A DNA stretch of 63,520 nucleotides, counting the filler, from Nemertoderma westbladi (Eukaryota; Animalia; Xenacoelomorpha): NCBI GenBank assembly GCA_032718475.1. It is 3 parts of 3 records of this genome, joined end to end, with 100 filler letters (N's around TTAATTAATTAA, not from the genome) between each part and the next. Parts side by side here need not be neighbours in the genome. Positions count along the whole stretch, not along the records: positions 27,373 to 57,134 come from JAUCBJ010008774.1; 2 more parts are not named here. One strand, given 5' to 3'. The position numbers and the translations under genes were made by a program. Below the pieces are notes generated by a model. The model was not told the DNA's origin, ran no database searches, and saw only the letters and a list, made by a program, of their open reading frames with translations. Each line of letters starts with the position of its first letter. Position 1 is the stretch's first letter. Positions 37,552 through 48,792 of this stretch are shown here, piece after piece.

Positions 37552-38160
37552 CATAGTCCCGCAATGTCTAAAAGGTCCGCAGGATCTAAAGTTTTCTTAG
37601 ATCTCGTCGTTCGTATTTATTTATTTATGTGCGTTGCGTTGTCATTCAACTAAACAGCGCATTCAATATGTTTTAATGGTAACTAACCTTGGCTCAATGT
37701 GTCAATCACAATGTCCAACGGAATATAATATTATTTATTTTTATTATAATTAGGTACCCTCTGTAACTTTTGCTGTGGCTAACTGGCTATCGTTAGTTCT
37801 GACTTGAAGGAAACCGCAGTAATTCTCGACGCAGTCTGAGGTGCCCATTTATGTTGTTCGGCCGCCTTTCATTATGGATTCCTCTCAACTCCGCCCTCCA
37901 GAAGGCGAGTCGTAAAGGTGGTCGTATGTTTATTATTCGACGGCGATTTTAATATGTCATCTATCTCAGATTCATTTTTTCAAATTTAATACCAAACAAG
38001 ATTATACTTTCAAGGTTCGTGTATTATACTTACCGGTACTACTAGGCCTACTGTATTCTGGCTGGCGTTATAAGAAGTTATTTCTGTCTTAAAAAACAGT
38101 CCTGTGAAATTTAATCAAAGACTCGCTGCAACTCAAACCTTTTTCGAAATATAAGTTTAA

Positions 38161-41100
38161 GGGGAGCAGGCAGTGAAAAAAGAATTTTCTGACCAAATTT
38201 TTTTTATTGAATTTTCTAGTTCAAAATTTTATTAGCTATTCAAAAAATTAAGTCCTAATTAAATACAATCAAGCATTCAAAAGTTATGAACATTTGAGTG
38301 AAGTGCACTCCTGACATTTTTTTTCGAAAAAAATTTAACAAAATTAACATGATGTAATCCTAAATATTATTCGTCTTTAATAATTTTTTTTTTCTGGAAC
38401 ATTTTTTAAATGTATGAATAGCCACGTAATTGCACATTAATAATTAATTAATTATTTTAATTAATAATTAATTAATTATTTTAATTAATAATTAATTAAT
38501 TATTTTAATTAATAATTAATTAATATTATATTAATATATTATTAATTATATAATATAATATTAATTATAATTATTAATAATATTAATATATTATATATTA
38601 ATAATTAATATTTAATTAATTAATTAATTGCACATTAATAATAATACCATTAGCACGAAATTAAGTATTATAATTAGTAGTACCAGTAATATAGGATTAA
38701 TTATTAATAAGACAAAATGAAATGATATATAAATGACAAAATGAACAAAAAAATTATTGATAAAACAAATTTATTATTATTAATTGTGATTAATTAATTA
38801 ATTAATTAATTAATAATGTTATTAATTATTTAATTACTAATTTATTGTATTAGGTGTAGAATTAGTTTCCATATTATTTGCAAGTTAGTATCCACCTGTA
38901 ATGTACTCATTATCAGTTTCTTCTTTCCTTTTTCTTTTACGCCTGTTCTTTGCTCTGGCTTCCCTATCAACGCGGTTAGCAGTGCGGACACGTCGCATGT
39001 CCAAGGAGAGTAGGCCATAGTTAGTATGTTTGCCTGGGTCTATCCCCAGCTGCTTTAGGACACGTATTCGAGATTCATTTCCATCATTATAGACCAATAC
39101 AGCATCCAATGTTCCGAGTTGCAGCGTGTGTATACCAATAAATACTCGCTTTGGGCACCGAGTCCAAATTGAGTTATTTAAACTCTCGTTTACATTTTGA
39201 GTTTTCCCATGAAGGCACTTTGATAAGAGTTTATTCTCAGTGAGATCTCGATATATTGGTTTCAGCTTCAAAAGTATCGGTTCCGGAATTGAATTTTTAT
39301 GAGTATAGGCTTGTTGGGTGATTTGTGCAATGTTATATTTGCACCAACTATCAGCACCTTTGGGGCAAAGTCCATGGGATGGGTTTTTGTCAGTGGAGAG
39401 ATAGTGGAAATACGTTGCCCAGATTGCCTTTTTCATCGCATCGACACTGTGACCATTTGCCCGAATAGCATTTCCATAGTAACCTTGAAGCCTATCTATC
39501 CGCGCGTCTGTTAGTCTGTTTTTACCAGAAATCACTCTTCCATCTGACAGTTTCACACCCTTCAGTGAAGCTTTCAATTTCCGCAAGCGACAACCCATCC
39601 TCTTTTGCACATGGCCCACACATTCTAGTTTTTCAATAGTTACTTTATCCCCATATGGTCTACTCTGGGCAACTTCAGAGAACGAGTTAGTATCACCATC
39701 ACCTAAATATTTGGTATATCGCATTCCTAGTTTAGACTTGCTTCTTTGAAATAGTATTCTAGCACCAACACCCTCCATTGCACCACTAGACCCACTATGA
39801 TTTTTCACACAGACATTTTTATGTGCTTCAACGCTTTCTTTCCTGATTGAACAACCGTGGCAATGTTTAGTTAGGCAGTGAATGTCTAAAACTTTCCCAG
39901 TATCCATGGCAACTATAGAAACAACACCATTTTTTGATGTATGTCCACGTTTCTGCCATGAACCATCAATCGAGATGCCAATGTCTGTATTTCCACCATT
40001 TTCTTTTATTACCTCCTTAGCTGCGTCTACCATTGAGGCTTCTGCAATTGGTTTAGCAGCTTCAAGTAATGATTTTGTGTGTTCAATAAATTTTTGTGGA
40101 GGTTGTGGCAGTCCCATTATGCTGCATAAAGTGTTACCTCCTTCAAATCCCACACCAATACAACGCAAACCATACACTAAACGCAAATTAATTTCATATT
40201 GATTATCCACTAATGGCGATGTATAAAACCTTTTCAGACTGGTACAATTATCGCAATGTAGTTTCAATTTGGAAGATAAACCCCTGCCACAGGTGTCTTC
40301 ATCAATTACTACAACTCCACCACAAGACTTACAACATGTATATTCCGATAACACACAATTCAAAATATCCAAATCTAAAACAATAAACCCCAGCCTGCCG
40401 GAACTTTCATCGACCAACCCACTTCGGTTTAGTTTCTTAGTTGAAGCCGATATTTCTTTTACGGGTTTAGTAGGCCTATCAGGAATTTGAACAGTACCGG
40501 TACTTTGTTTTTCAACCGGTGGTGTAGTACAGGTACTTACGGGGATTGGAATAGATTTGGCAATAACATTCGAACTAAATCGATTACCATGGTAGGAACG
40601 CTTTCCAAATATCGCTTTTCGTCTTGTCATCTCGACGTTTCTTCACTCCACATATAAAATATATACCAATGCAGCATAAAATAATGCATAAAACAGGTAA
40701 GAGCAGAGATAAAATGTCTAACTGTGACAGAATGATCAGCTGATAATAGGCCTACCAAACTAGCTGTGCTTTTATTCAGATTATTGCTATAAAAATGTAA
40801 AAAGATGTAGTGTGCTATCAGTTTGAATTTCCCTCCAATTTGGTGCAGCCAATGACAGCGTCTTAGCTGCTCAGCTGAATTTCAATGTAGATTTATTTTT
40901 AATTTTTCACATTTATCCCTCTCAGATTTGAAAATTTTGAAATGAATATTGGACTACATCCATCATAGCAGGTCAGATATAGTTACTTTAACAATTTTTA
41001 TTATGTGGGTTGATTCGCCTGACTGAGATAAATCCCAAACTATTTAGTTTTCCAAAAAAGACCGATTGGTGCTCGAGAAATAGCAGTTTAAAGATCAAAA

Positions 41101-41495
41101 TTTTATGAATTTCGTTTTCAATTGAGTTTATCTCAAAATGACATATCCGTACACAAATGCCCCATTATTTCCAAAAGTTTTCGACCAAATTACTCAATAT
41201 TTTGATTGAAGGTGTGGAATGACATGTCTCAAACATTGAACTAGAATTTTGATGTGAGCATTACTATTTTTTAAATTATTAATAAACTTTTGAGCTAAAT
41301 AGTGCTAAATTATTAACTATTATTAATAATATTAAAAAGTTAAGGAAGTTATTAATTTTTTTCAATAATTCTAGTTCAATGAGTTATATTAATGTTTCTC
41401 TACATATGTTCAAAATTTTGAGAAATTTCAATCAGAATATCACAAGATAACGGGGTAAATGTTAAATAGTAAAACATTAGTACTCCCTGCTCCCC
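38161..41495 (-). mobile_element. Kolobok-type DNA transposon, apparently complete
   Basis: TTAA on both sides (38157-38160, 41496-41499); GG...CC termini; TIR GGGGAGCAGG(C/G)AGT; subterminal TTCTAGTTCAA motifs near both ends; central transposase ORF. Confidence 0.82.
38885..40630 (-). CDS. DDE transposase (Kolobok-Hydra / 'Mutator-like' family), 581 aa, uninterrupted
   Basis: N-terminal CxxC...CxxC; SIDGSWQKRGHTS, YLGDGD, KLECVGHVQKRMG, TQNVNESLN; basic C-terminal tail and final GGY. Confidence 0.9.
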   Translation of the reverse strand: MTRRKAIFGKRSYHGNRFSSNVIAKSIPIPVSTCTTPPVEKQSTGTVQIPDRPTKPVKEISASTKKLNRSGLVDESSGRLGFIVLDLDILNCVLSEYTCCKSCGGVVVIDEDTCGRGLSSKLKLHCDNCTSLKRFYTSPLVDNQYEINLRLVYGLRCIGVGFEGGNTLCSIMGLPQPPQKFIEHTKSLLEAAKPIAEASMVDAAKEVIKENGGNTDIGISIDGSWQKRGHTSKNGVVSIVAMDTGKVLDIHCLTKHCHGCSIRKESVEAHKNVCVKNHSGSSGAMEGVGARILFQRSKSKLGMRYTKYLGDGDTNSFSEVAQSRPYGDKVTIEKLECVGHVQKRMGCRLRKLKASLKGVKLSDGRVISGKNRLTDARIDRLQGYYGNAIRANGHSVDAMKKAIWATYFHYLSTDKNPSHGLCPKGADSWCKYNIAQITQQAYTHKNSIPEPILLKLKPIYRDLTENKLLSKCLHGKTQNVNESLNNSIWTRCPKRVFIGIHTLQLGTLDAVLVYNDGNESRIRVLKQLGIDPGKHTNYGLLSLDMRRVRTANRVDREARAKNRRKRKRKEETDNEYITGGY

Positions 41496-41777
41496 TTAAC
41501 AATAGGCTGTACTTTAATTCTACAGTTTGTGCGTAATGTATACTGTATAACAGTTTGAATTGTAATTTTAATGAACACCAGTGGAATTTAAATTCCACTT
41601 AACTTCAGATAGTGGCGCAACACGCCGCAAAATAAACAGGCTTACCACACCTCATTCCTGGAGACTTTTAGTATGTTGTTCAGGCGAGTCTAAATTGCTA
41701 ATTATTTGCGTAATATCTCCATTTTTCCAGGTTACACCCTACTGGACTATTACTGCAGATTTAACGATTGTAATTAT

Positions 41778-43455
41778 TAGTGTTGAGAACTGTAACTGTA
41801 ATTATACTGTAACTGCAACTGTAACTGAATGATTTTGATGATTTTTTGATACTGTAACTATAACTGTAACTGTAATTGCGAATTTTGAATACTGTAACTG
41901 TAACTGAAACTGTAATTACGAATTTTGAATACTGTAACTGTAACTGAAATTAACAAAATCCGATTCAGTTCTCAATCACACAATTAACATGAATGGGCAT
42001 TTAAAACAATATTGGAATAGTATAGAGTATAGTTTAATAAATTAATAACAGTGGTTACCATAGGTATCATTTTTAAAACATTGTTATTTTTTCCACTTCT
42101 GAACAAAACCATAATATTACACAATAAAAAAATGACCCATTGTCCACTTTAGCTCAAATGTGATTTATTTGGCGAGTCAAGTAGTGAACGAAGATCTACA
42201 GTAGCATATAGTCTATGTTTATCTGTCTCAACTATTAGACTATTATCAGCCTTATCACCACTTTTGCTTCATATTAAATGTGAAGGGGGAAGATAGTTCG
42301 GATAGTTAGTTAGAATAGATATTTGTAATTGTATAAACAAAGAAAAGTTAGGCCTATTGGTAGAGGGATTTTAACGGATATATATTTTACATTATGAATT
42401 ATTAATGTTACCGGTACTATTAATATCACAATCACACTAGAGGCACACTGGAAATTAAATTTTGATCAAGTTTACCATTATAAATTACAAAATTAAACTT
42501 AAAAGTGAAAGGAGCAGCTTATCGAGGTGGGTCTAACCAAAACAATAAATATATGATTACTAAAACAAATATCGAATTAAGGAAAATGAGCAGGATTCAG
42601 AAGCATGGCTTTTATAACCAAAACAATAAATGATAACAGTACTGTACAGTACAAGCACTGAAACAACATGTGCAGTAAAATGTGGGTGCCTTAGTGTGAT
42701 CTTGTGACGTGCCACTTTCATTACATACTATTTACTATTTACTATTTACATACTAAGTAAAACTTTCATTGTTAAAAGTTGTATTTTCTTCTCTGTGACT
42801 TGCAATGTTGTCAATTAATATTTTCGTCCCCGGACTTTTCGTCTCGGACTTTTCGTCCCGGACTTTTCAACCCAGACTTTTCAACCCAGACTTTTCGTCC
42901 GCGGACTTTTCGTCCATGTAGCTAGTCTATATTTTGTAACTAATATACTGAAGTATATTAGTTACAAAATATTACCATAGAGTGGGTCCAACTTTCCTAC
43001 AATAACTACCTATTAGCTCTAGAAAGAGGACGTTTCGTAATGAACATTATTATTAGCGTATATAACAGTAATATATTAAAGTGCCTCATTTTTAGTTTCA
43101 GATATATTTTTTTTATTTGGCAAGTGATTCGTTTGATTTTTTTGGGCAAGTGACTCATTGGGCAAGTGACTGCAATGTACCCAGCCCCGATGAGACTACA
43201 TTAATTCAATGACTGCTTACTACGTGAGATCATATATATTGAATCTATAACTGAAACTGTAACTGAATTTTATCACGATCAAAACTGTAACTGAAACTGA
43301 AATGCTCAATTTTATAATACTGAAACTGTAACTGTAACTGAAATGTTACACTTTGTAATACTGAAACTGTAACTGTAACTGAAATGCAAAACTTTGAATA
43401 CTGAAACTGGAACTGTAACTGAAATTAGTCAAAATTGATTCAGTTCTCAACACTA
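41778..43455. mobile_element. Non-autonomous hAT element
   Basis: Perfect 15-bp TIR TAGTGTTGAGAACTG / CAGTTCTCAACACTA; exact 8-bp TSD GTAATTAT (41770-41777, 43456-43463); (ACTGTA/ACTGAA)n subterminal repeats. Confidence 0.88.
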
Positions 43456-44286
43456 GTAATTATGCGATACTTAATAACAGCGAGCCTTCAGGCGGGAGAG
43501 TCAAAGCCGGTGATGGATAGTTTGGAGTATGCCCTCTAGTGGCAACTTACAGAAACACCATTACTGTTGCAACTTCCTGTTTTATTTCTAGGACTGCTTC
43601 TTTGAGTGGATTTTCATTATCAATATTAGAAATTCGATGCATTTTCTCTGCTTCGCTAGTTTTAACGTTGGCCTCAGGTTATACTGTATGTAACAGTTGA
43701 TACTAAATGGAGACAACTAAAATTCATTGATGTTGATAAATACATTCAACTTGTGGCGTGCAAGCACGCGGGATGTAAATCTTCACCATTACTAAACAAC
43801 ACAGACAGATACCATCAGCTGAAACAAAAATACCTAAGTTACCCTCTCATGATTCTAATTACACTAATTATTGTAGTACTACAGTTGAAGGCCTACATTA
43901 TTACTAATATTCATTCACCTGGAATTAGTAATAAATTCACATTCGCCCATACCTTGACTGAGAAGGCTATCAGCTGTATAACACACACTAATGCTACCCT
44001 ATGAAGAATTTCAAGATTGTAAGGGAGTGGAGTTTAGGAAGTAGGGTCTAAGCAAACAGTATGGGTGTACAAAGTATACAATAATCTTGGCAACCTCATC
44101 GATTTATACTAAGCCTGTGTAGAAATCCATTACATAAGCCATTTTTCATCATTAACACCATCTGTGCTGTTATTGGTGTTATTTTACCATTGCGTCTATG
44201 GCACTTTTCGTTTATTTCATTTTTTGCAAAAACTAATGAAATGACTGTATTTTTCTGAAAATTGCTTTATACACCCATTCAAACCA

Positions 44287-45144
44287 GGATAGATTTTTTT
44301 ACAGAACACAAGCGAACACAGTAGAACACATCCGAACACACTCCAAAAACTGCCGAACACAATCGAACACAGTCGAAAATAGAAAGAGCACAAAAAAATA
44401 ACACCGTGTACCAACTTTTAGATAAAATTAGCCACGCGTTGCTTTTCTATAAGAAAATTCCCCAAATTATTGAATAAAATTGTCGCAAAATTAAATATTA
44501 ATTTCTTATCAGATCAGGCCTAGCCTTAAGCCGACAACAAATAATTTAACATAGTATAGTAGGCCTAAGTTAAGTGTGGTTAGCACCGGGACAGAGATCC
44601 CTACCGGTACCTGCCAGGGTAGGTAGGTACCTACCCAGGACCCAGATCTTTATATTCCAGTGCAGCAGTAGGCAGGTAGGTACCGGTACCTATGTTGTAC
44701 CGACATGTTAGCGTACGTCATGTACATTACGTACGGTAACAGGCCTAACTTCCTAATTAATATCCTCAGCAATCAGTCCCAGACCATGCTATTCCAGCAC
44801 ACAGGCAAACAGGCCTATTAGCTAACCCGCTATTATTATATATTTGACAAGTACGGAACCCGGTAGGCTTCCCTACATAGTTTGTTATACAGTACAACAG
44901 TACACAACAAATGGCCTACCTGATAAGAAATTAATATTTAATTTCGCGACAATTTTATTCAACAATTTCGGGAATTTTCTTATAGAAAAGCAACACGTAG
45001 CTAATTTTATCTAAAAGTTGGTACCCGGTGTTATTTTTTGTGCTCTTTCTATTTTCGACTGTGCTCGATTGTGTTCGGCAGTTTTTGGAGTGTGTTCGGG
45101 TGTGTTCTTGTGTGTTCGCTTGTGTTCTGTAAAAAGAACTATCC
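44287..45144. mobile_element. Non-autonomous Mutator/foldback-type element with ~230-bp TIRs
   Basis: 44287-~44520 is the inverted copy of ~44912-45144; exact 9-bp TSD TTCAAACCA (44278-44286, 45145-45153). Confidence 0.9.
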
Positions 45145-46070
45145 TTCAAACCATACACTACCGGAGGGTACTAAAAACAACACATTGACCGGATAGTTTC
45201 GGAGCCTTTCGTGTGACAATTTTATTGTCTTTGTATTTTTATATTTATACACATATTATTACATATATATATTATATTATTACAGCTCTCATCTTATAAC
45301 GAACCTGTCTTTAGTCTGTGTAGTTTTTGTCTAAAAGCTGAGGCCGGCAAAAAAAACGATGGTACTTGTATCGGTGTATGTATATTGTATAACCGCAAAA
45401 TGGCTTGAAACCACTTGCATGTTGTAAACCCAACTATTTATCAATTGTTATTAGTTGTTGAATAAAAAAGATGAGAGCGATATTCGAAATCTTTGCATAT
45501 TATCAACATTATGAAACGCGAAATGCCCACAACAACACATTGATCTACATTGCATAGAGCCAATCTAAAAGCAGTAAACTAGAATCACAACAGCTGTAAC
45601 TCATTTGAATCAACAACATTTCACTAATTGACCAGACCATTGGAGTTACGTACATTAATTGTCTATCTGTGTTCATGTTAGTTTAATGTGAAGCTACTGT
45701 CCTCAATTTGAATAAAACTGTCCTCAACTCAGGCTAAGCTCAATTTAGATGAAAAGGCATAGTAGGTTTTATATATCTGGGACGTTTACAACAGCTATCG
45801 ATTAAACTAACAAAACCAGAAATGAACCAGGGTGCCAGCCGGGTACCAACAGCTGTTGGGTAGATTAAATGGAACAATTCACCAATTTCCATAGGAGGCT
45901 TGTACGTACAATATATTGTTAAATTGGTTGCATCCAATGTTTTTTAATAGACTAACTTAGAATGTATTAGGTAAAAACAATGTATTCTTTATTTTATTAC
46001 TGGATATTTTATTTCTGCAATTTTATGTGAAAGTTTACATTGAATGAGGTCTAAAATAAGGTTGTGTTCC

Positions 46071-46353
46071 AACATCAGGTTCCACCTTGGTGTAGTGGTT
46101 GCATTGAATTCACTTCTCCTGTAGGTCGTGGGTTCGATCCTCATATGGGCCGTGGCAGTTTTCGTTTCGGCACGAATGCTTTAAAGGGACCAGCCAGGGC
46201 GCATCTCTGCCTTGCATCCTTAAGTTGTAGCTAAATGAGTACTGGAGTTTCCTCTGGGGAGTAAAGTTCTGGGGTGACCGCACTGGAAAGTCGTCAGACT
46301 TTGAGCGTAATCCCTGGCCTAGCGGCCGAAGAAAATTTACTTTTACTTTTACT
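46071..46353 (+). mobile_element. tRNA-derived SINE, full length
   Basis: A box TGGTGTAGTGG (46088), B box GGTTCGATCC (46131), (TTTTAC)n tail, flanking direct repeat TTGTGTTCC (46062-46070, 46354-46362). Confidence 0.8.
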
Positions 46354-46668
46354 TTGTGTTCCGTTGTTGTAAACGAAAGGAAAATGGTTTATTTCTATAT
46401 ATGTATCGTTACGTTCTATCATGTATAGCAGTACGAACTGTTTAAAAAATTTGCAGTATTAATGTGGAATGAAAATGGAAATAAAACTTTAAATATATTA
46501 TTTATTACCAATGTGGTACATTCATTATTGTAGATATAGTATATAATATAGTTACGGGCAATTTTACTAATTCATAACTTGGGAATAGGAATAATAATCA
46601 ACTTCTCAAATATATTATTTTATCAGATGATATGGTTCAACTGTAGCAAATTTTAAAAGTTATAAAAG

Positions 46669-48792
46669 TCACAAATTACATAAACGCACTACAATTACAA
46701 CCAAAGTCACTGCCCACAACTCCGCTGTTATAATGCTAGACGATGCCTCAATATTGGTCACGTTTACTTCCATACCGGTATTGTTAGTTTTATTATTAAC
46801 CATTCCTCGAACTACAATATTCTCAACTACTTGAGGTTTATCCGTGGCTTCAACAAGTTCATCATCAGTGTCTGCGGAATTCTCAGTGTTTGTTCCTGGA
46901 TTGTCTTCCTGTAGATCATCTGCAGTGGTCAGATCAACAGGATTCTCGTCGAATTCCGAATCATCAATTGTAGGAAGTTGGTAATGAGTGCAGTTCTCGT
47001 TGGCTTCAAGGTATTCATCTATACGAATGTCATTCCACAACTTAAATCTTAGACGTTCCGGAGTTTTTATCTGTTCGCTGCAAACAGTCCATCGTGTTGC
47101 CCGATTCTTTATGTCGTTCAATCGTTTATTTATGTAAAAAATCGCGAACATTTGACAGTCGCAGTGAACCATCTGCGAGATCTCGTTGACGTTCGACCAG
47201 AACTTGACGCCGCCGTAATGAGCGGCGTCAATCCGCGCGTCGATCGGGAAACTCAACTTTTCAATGCGAATTGCGCGATTTGGAAAGTAAATTTCGCCAA
47301 CATTGTGTACATTGAGGTTCATGACGTCAATATCATCTGGAAGGTGAACCGCCCTGAAGTCCAATAAAAATAGATCATTGAAATTAAGATGTTGGAGTTT
47401 AGAGATGGCTCCTGCTTTTAATGTATTATTTCTGTGGCCAGAAGCGCAACTTCCATACAAAGTGGTTCCGTGTTCATTCACACAGCTACTACTACCATCC
47501 CAAACCCACACGGTGTAAAGCCTGATGTACGATAATTCATCAAAACCATCCTTACTATCCGTGATATCCTCTTCATCAATTCCTCCATCTACGTAGTTGT
47601 ATATATAAATCTCGATGGAATATATAGATCCGAGTTCCACACGCGAGCTCTCCAATACAGAAGCTGGAAGCAAAGCGAATCGAAAAGGTAGATTCTCGAA
47701 AAATTCATTGTGAGCGCCAAAGAGTGAGAATTTGAGACCGATGTTGAATTGTTTACGATTTTCAACACGTTTGTTCACTTCCACGCATTGGGGTAGGTCG
47801 CAGGGGCAGGTGCCGAGGACCGCAGTGTACTCTTCTACTGATAGCGAGTTCCAGGTACGGCCCTGGAGAGCCCATTGCTTCGTCTGCGAACTGTGACAAT
47901 GAACATTGCCAAAACGATTGCCGGAAGTCGTCACCCCGGCCAGGAAGGCCATCCACCAACTGCAATCGCAAGTGATCCCGGGACAAATCTCCTCGAATCC
48001 GCTACCCTCCTCGCACATACCCAAGGACATGCTCCTTTGCCACTCCGGGTCCACCTCCAGCGTGGTCACGTTCGACCAAAAACTGAAGCCGCCCGAACCA
48101 TTCGCGCGTTTAATTCTCTCCAACAGAATATGCCTCACAATACCCTCTTTCGGGAACACAATAACCGGGATGTTATACAACTCTAAACGCGACAGTTTTA
48201 TATGTTCTGGTAAAACCACCTTAAAGAAAGATTGGAGTCTTAGAACATTAGGTTCTTTATCCACCAAACTAGCGACAGCGAAAGAAGTTAAACGAAGGTC
48301 TAATTTGGTTTCAGCTTTTATTGTTAGACGAACCCCCCTTGTAAAAGATATATCAGCACCATAAGATAGGATTTCATCTACACCCAGTTGACAAGCAATA
48401 CCATGATGGCAACCATAGTCCTCAATGACTATTTCTAAAACAGAGAGTTTATCGAGATCCAGAGTTGATGTCCACTTATCCGCGAACAATGTAGTTACGT
48501 TTTTGTATCTCTTTGCGCAGATGTAGTCGTCATAGGATTCATACAAGTTGGTGAATCCACAGCAGACGCTGGGCTGGACGTAGGTATTCGAGCCCTTGGC
48601 CTGCGGTCTACCGAGACTTCTTGTCTCGACGGCAGACCAACAGCCTTCTGAGTTGAAAGCTTTTACGAGTAGCTGAAAACCATCCGACCCGTCCAGTCCC
48701 ACAAGAGACACCGACACAAGCACAGTGAAGACATATGTAAACCCGGATAACCATGCGAATACATGCATATTGTCTTTCCAGTTAACCACCAT
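46669..48792 (-). CDS. Uncharacterised predicted cell-surface protein with two divergent LRR/LRRCT-like repeats, acidic stalk and hydrophobic C-terminus
   Basis: Open for 2.1 kb in AT-rich DNA; ATG at 48792 (or 48768) before a hydrophobic signal-like segment; duplicated GGxxFWSNV...CDC...C...WN...EY...C module; D/E/T/N-rich stalk; ends SSSIITAELWAVTLVVIVVRLCNL. Confidence 0.75.
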   Translation of the reverse strand: MVVNWKDNMHVFAWLSGFTYVFTVLVSVSLVGLDGSDGFQLLVKAFNSEGCWSAVETRSLGRPQAKGSNTYVQPSVCCGFTNLYESYDDYICAKRYKNVTTLFADKWTSTLDLDKLSVLEIVIEDYGCHHGIACQLGVDEILSYGADISFTRGVRLTIKAETKLDLRLTSFAVASLVDKEPNVLRLQSFFKVVLPEHIKLSRLELYNIPVIVFPKEGIVRHILLERIKRANGSGGFSFWSNVTTLEVDPEWQRSMSLGMCEEGSGFEEICPGITCDCSWWMAFLAGVTTSGNRFGNVHCHSSQTKQWALQGRTWNSLSVEEYTAVLGTCPCDLPQCVEVNKRVENRKQFNIGLKFSLFGAHNEFFENLPFRFALLPASVLESSRVELGSIYSIEIYIYNYVDGGIDEEDITDSKDGFDELSYIRLYTVWVWDGSSSCVNEHGTTLYGSCASGHRNNTLKAGAISKLQHLNFNDLFLLDFRAVHLPDDIDVMNLNVHNVGEIYFPNRAIRIEKLSFPIDARIDAAHYGGVKFWSNVNEISQMVHCDCQMFAIFYINKRLNDIKNRATRWTVCSEQIKTPERLRFKLWNDIRIDEYLEANENCTHYQLPTIDDSEFDENPVDLTTADDLQEDNPGTNTENSADTDDELVEATDKPQVVENIVVRGMVNNKTNNTGMEVNVTNIEASSSIITAELWAVTLVVIVVRLCNL

